From an uncultured Solirubrobacteraceae bacterium (GTDB taxonomy: Bacteria; Actinomycetota; Thermoleophilia; Solirubrobacterales; Solirubrobacteraceae), in assembly GCA_963705235.1 (NCBI GenBank), contig OY970059.1:1589209-1653208 (forward strand): a stretch of DNA of 64,000 bases, read 5' to 3'. How positions within the stretch are numbered: the stretch's first letter is position 1; each line of letters starts with the position of its first letter. Both the position numbers and the translations under genes were made by a program. The notes below the pieces were generated by a model, which was not told the origin of the DNA, made no database searches, and was given only the letters and a program-made list of their open reading frames with translations. Below are positions 62,954-64,000 of this stretch, piece by piece.

Positions 62954-63188
62954 CTACCTCTCCCTGACGAATCTTTTCGAATCAGCGGACTGATGTCATG
63001 TGATCGATCGACTTAGATCATTCCATGTCAGCGATTTTTTGTCTACAGGCAACCGTCGTCGAGCGGTCCATTACGTCGGACGGATCGGTTCATCGGTGTT
63101 CCTGAAGCCTCCCTGGGGTTGTGTCCAGGGCTGGCCGGCGGCGTCCGCACAGGCGTCCGCACGCGCACTTCGCCAGGTGTAGGCGGGG

Positions 63189-63671
63189 CTAGTGCGTGAC
63201 GATCTTCAGCGCGAGAATCGCCAGGCCCATGGCGGCGCCGACGCCGACCTCGAGCGCCATCTCGCCGCCGCTGGCCTGCGAGCGCACGCCGGCAGCCAGC
63301 TCGAACGCGATCAGAGTGGCGATCGCGCTCCACAACGCCACGGTCAATGCCGTTTCTAGGCTGGCGCCAACGATCCAGCAGGTGACCAGCGCGAGCAGCG
63401 GCAGCGCGGCGCCACGGATGATCGCCCAGTCATAGGCGAGGGCCCGCATCAGCGCCCTCAGCGTCAGGCCTTCGCGCAGCGCGATGCGTCGTCCGAGTGC
63501 GGTGGCGTACGCGTGCGCCAGCCAGAACGGAGTTGCTGCGAGCACGGTGGCGGCGAGCGCCTCCAGGTAGGTCTCGTGGCGCCCACTCTCGACGGCCAGC
63601 ACGGCGGCGATCACGATCGTGCCGTAGACGACCCCGCCGGGGTTCTCGGCGGGCACCATCCAGCTGGCCAC
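63189..63671 (-). CDS. Four-TM membrane protein of unknown function
   Basis: VYGTIVIAAVLA, FWLAHAYA, hydrophobic helices. Confidence 0.75.
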   Translation of the reverse strand: MASWMVPAENPGGVVYGTIVIAAVLAVESGRHETYLEALAATVLAATPFWLAHAYATALGRRIALREGLTLRALMRALAYDWAIIRGAALPLLALVTCWIVGASLETALTVALWSAIATLIAFELAAGVRSQASGGEMALEVGVGAAMGLAILALKIVTH

Positions 63672-63764
63672 GCGTGCGCTCCAGCTCCCCGCGACAGCAG
63701 TCGGCGTGGCCTGTGTTGGATCGGGTGCGGTGCTCGACTGGATGCAGCGATTATCCGCCAGCGC

Positions 63765-63998
63765 TCAGCGGATCAGGATCGGCGGGCTGTAGCTTGACAC
63801 GTGCGCACCGTCTGAGACCTTGATCAGCGCGCGGTACAGGCCCCGGTGTCGCACGCGCACGACCCGGCTGAAGCGCGACACGGTGGGCGTGGCTGATTTG
63901 ACGACGGTGCCGCCGACGTTTACCGAGCGCCCGCGCTGCAGCAACTGGAAGCCGACCAGCGCGCCGACCTCGGCGGGGGTGACGGCGCCGTACAGGCG
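63765..63998 (-). CDS. C-terminal beta domain of a gene running off the window end
   Basis: Open frame RLYGAVTP..VGFQLL..GLYRALIKV..SPPILIR-stop. Confidence 0.6.
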   Translation of the reverse strand, partial: RLYGAVTPAEVGALVGFQLLQRGRSVNVGGTVVKSATPTVSRFSRVVRVRHRGLYRALIKVSDGAHVSSYSPPILIR

Positions 63999-64000
63999 CA

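Overview
High-GC (roughly 70% by eye) actinobacterial chromosome segment. Gene content and the style of the secreted proteins suggest Thermoleophilia/Solirubrobacterales (inference). It holds about 65 plausible CDSs and two tRNAs: Ser-GGA at 24069-24157 and Arg-ACG at 43359-43432. No rRNA, CRISPR array, integrase or transposase was seen. Recognisable modules: a STAS/PP2C/Clp_N partner-switching operon; a SigK/RskA-like ECF pair; two ArsR-SRPBCC operons with operators over their start codons; a UbiE-like plus UbiA-like pair; galT-galK (galK carries a 1-bp frameshift) divergent from a sugar ABC transporter with a CRP-like box between them; an accessory stretch after tRNA-Ser (XRE, MazEF-like TA, MFS, low-GC secreted protein); an Stf0-like sulfotransferase with a sulfatase; and a TetR-controlled cupin-SnoaL-P450 operon. 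After tRNA-Arg there is a lower-GC pair (membrane-anchored orphan receiver protein plus a beta-rich protein), followed by a SipW-type peptidase fusion and a TasA-like pilin candidate. The SipW/pilin locus and the receiver pair are the best candidates for an undescribed system. Start codons were chosen by eye and family calls come from motif recognition; no database search was run.
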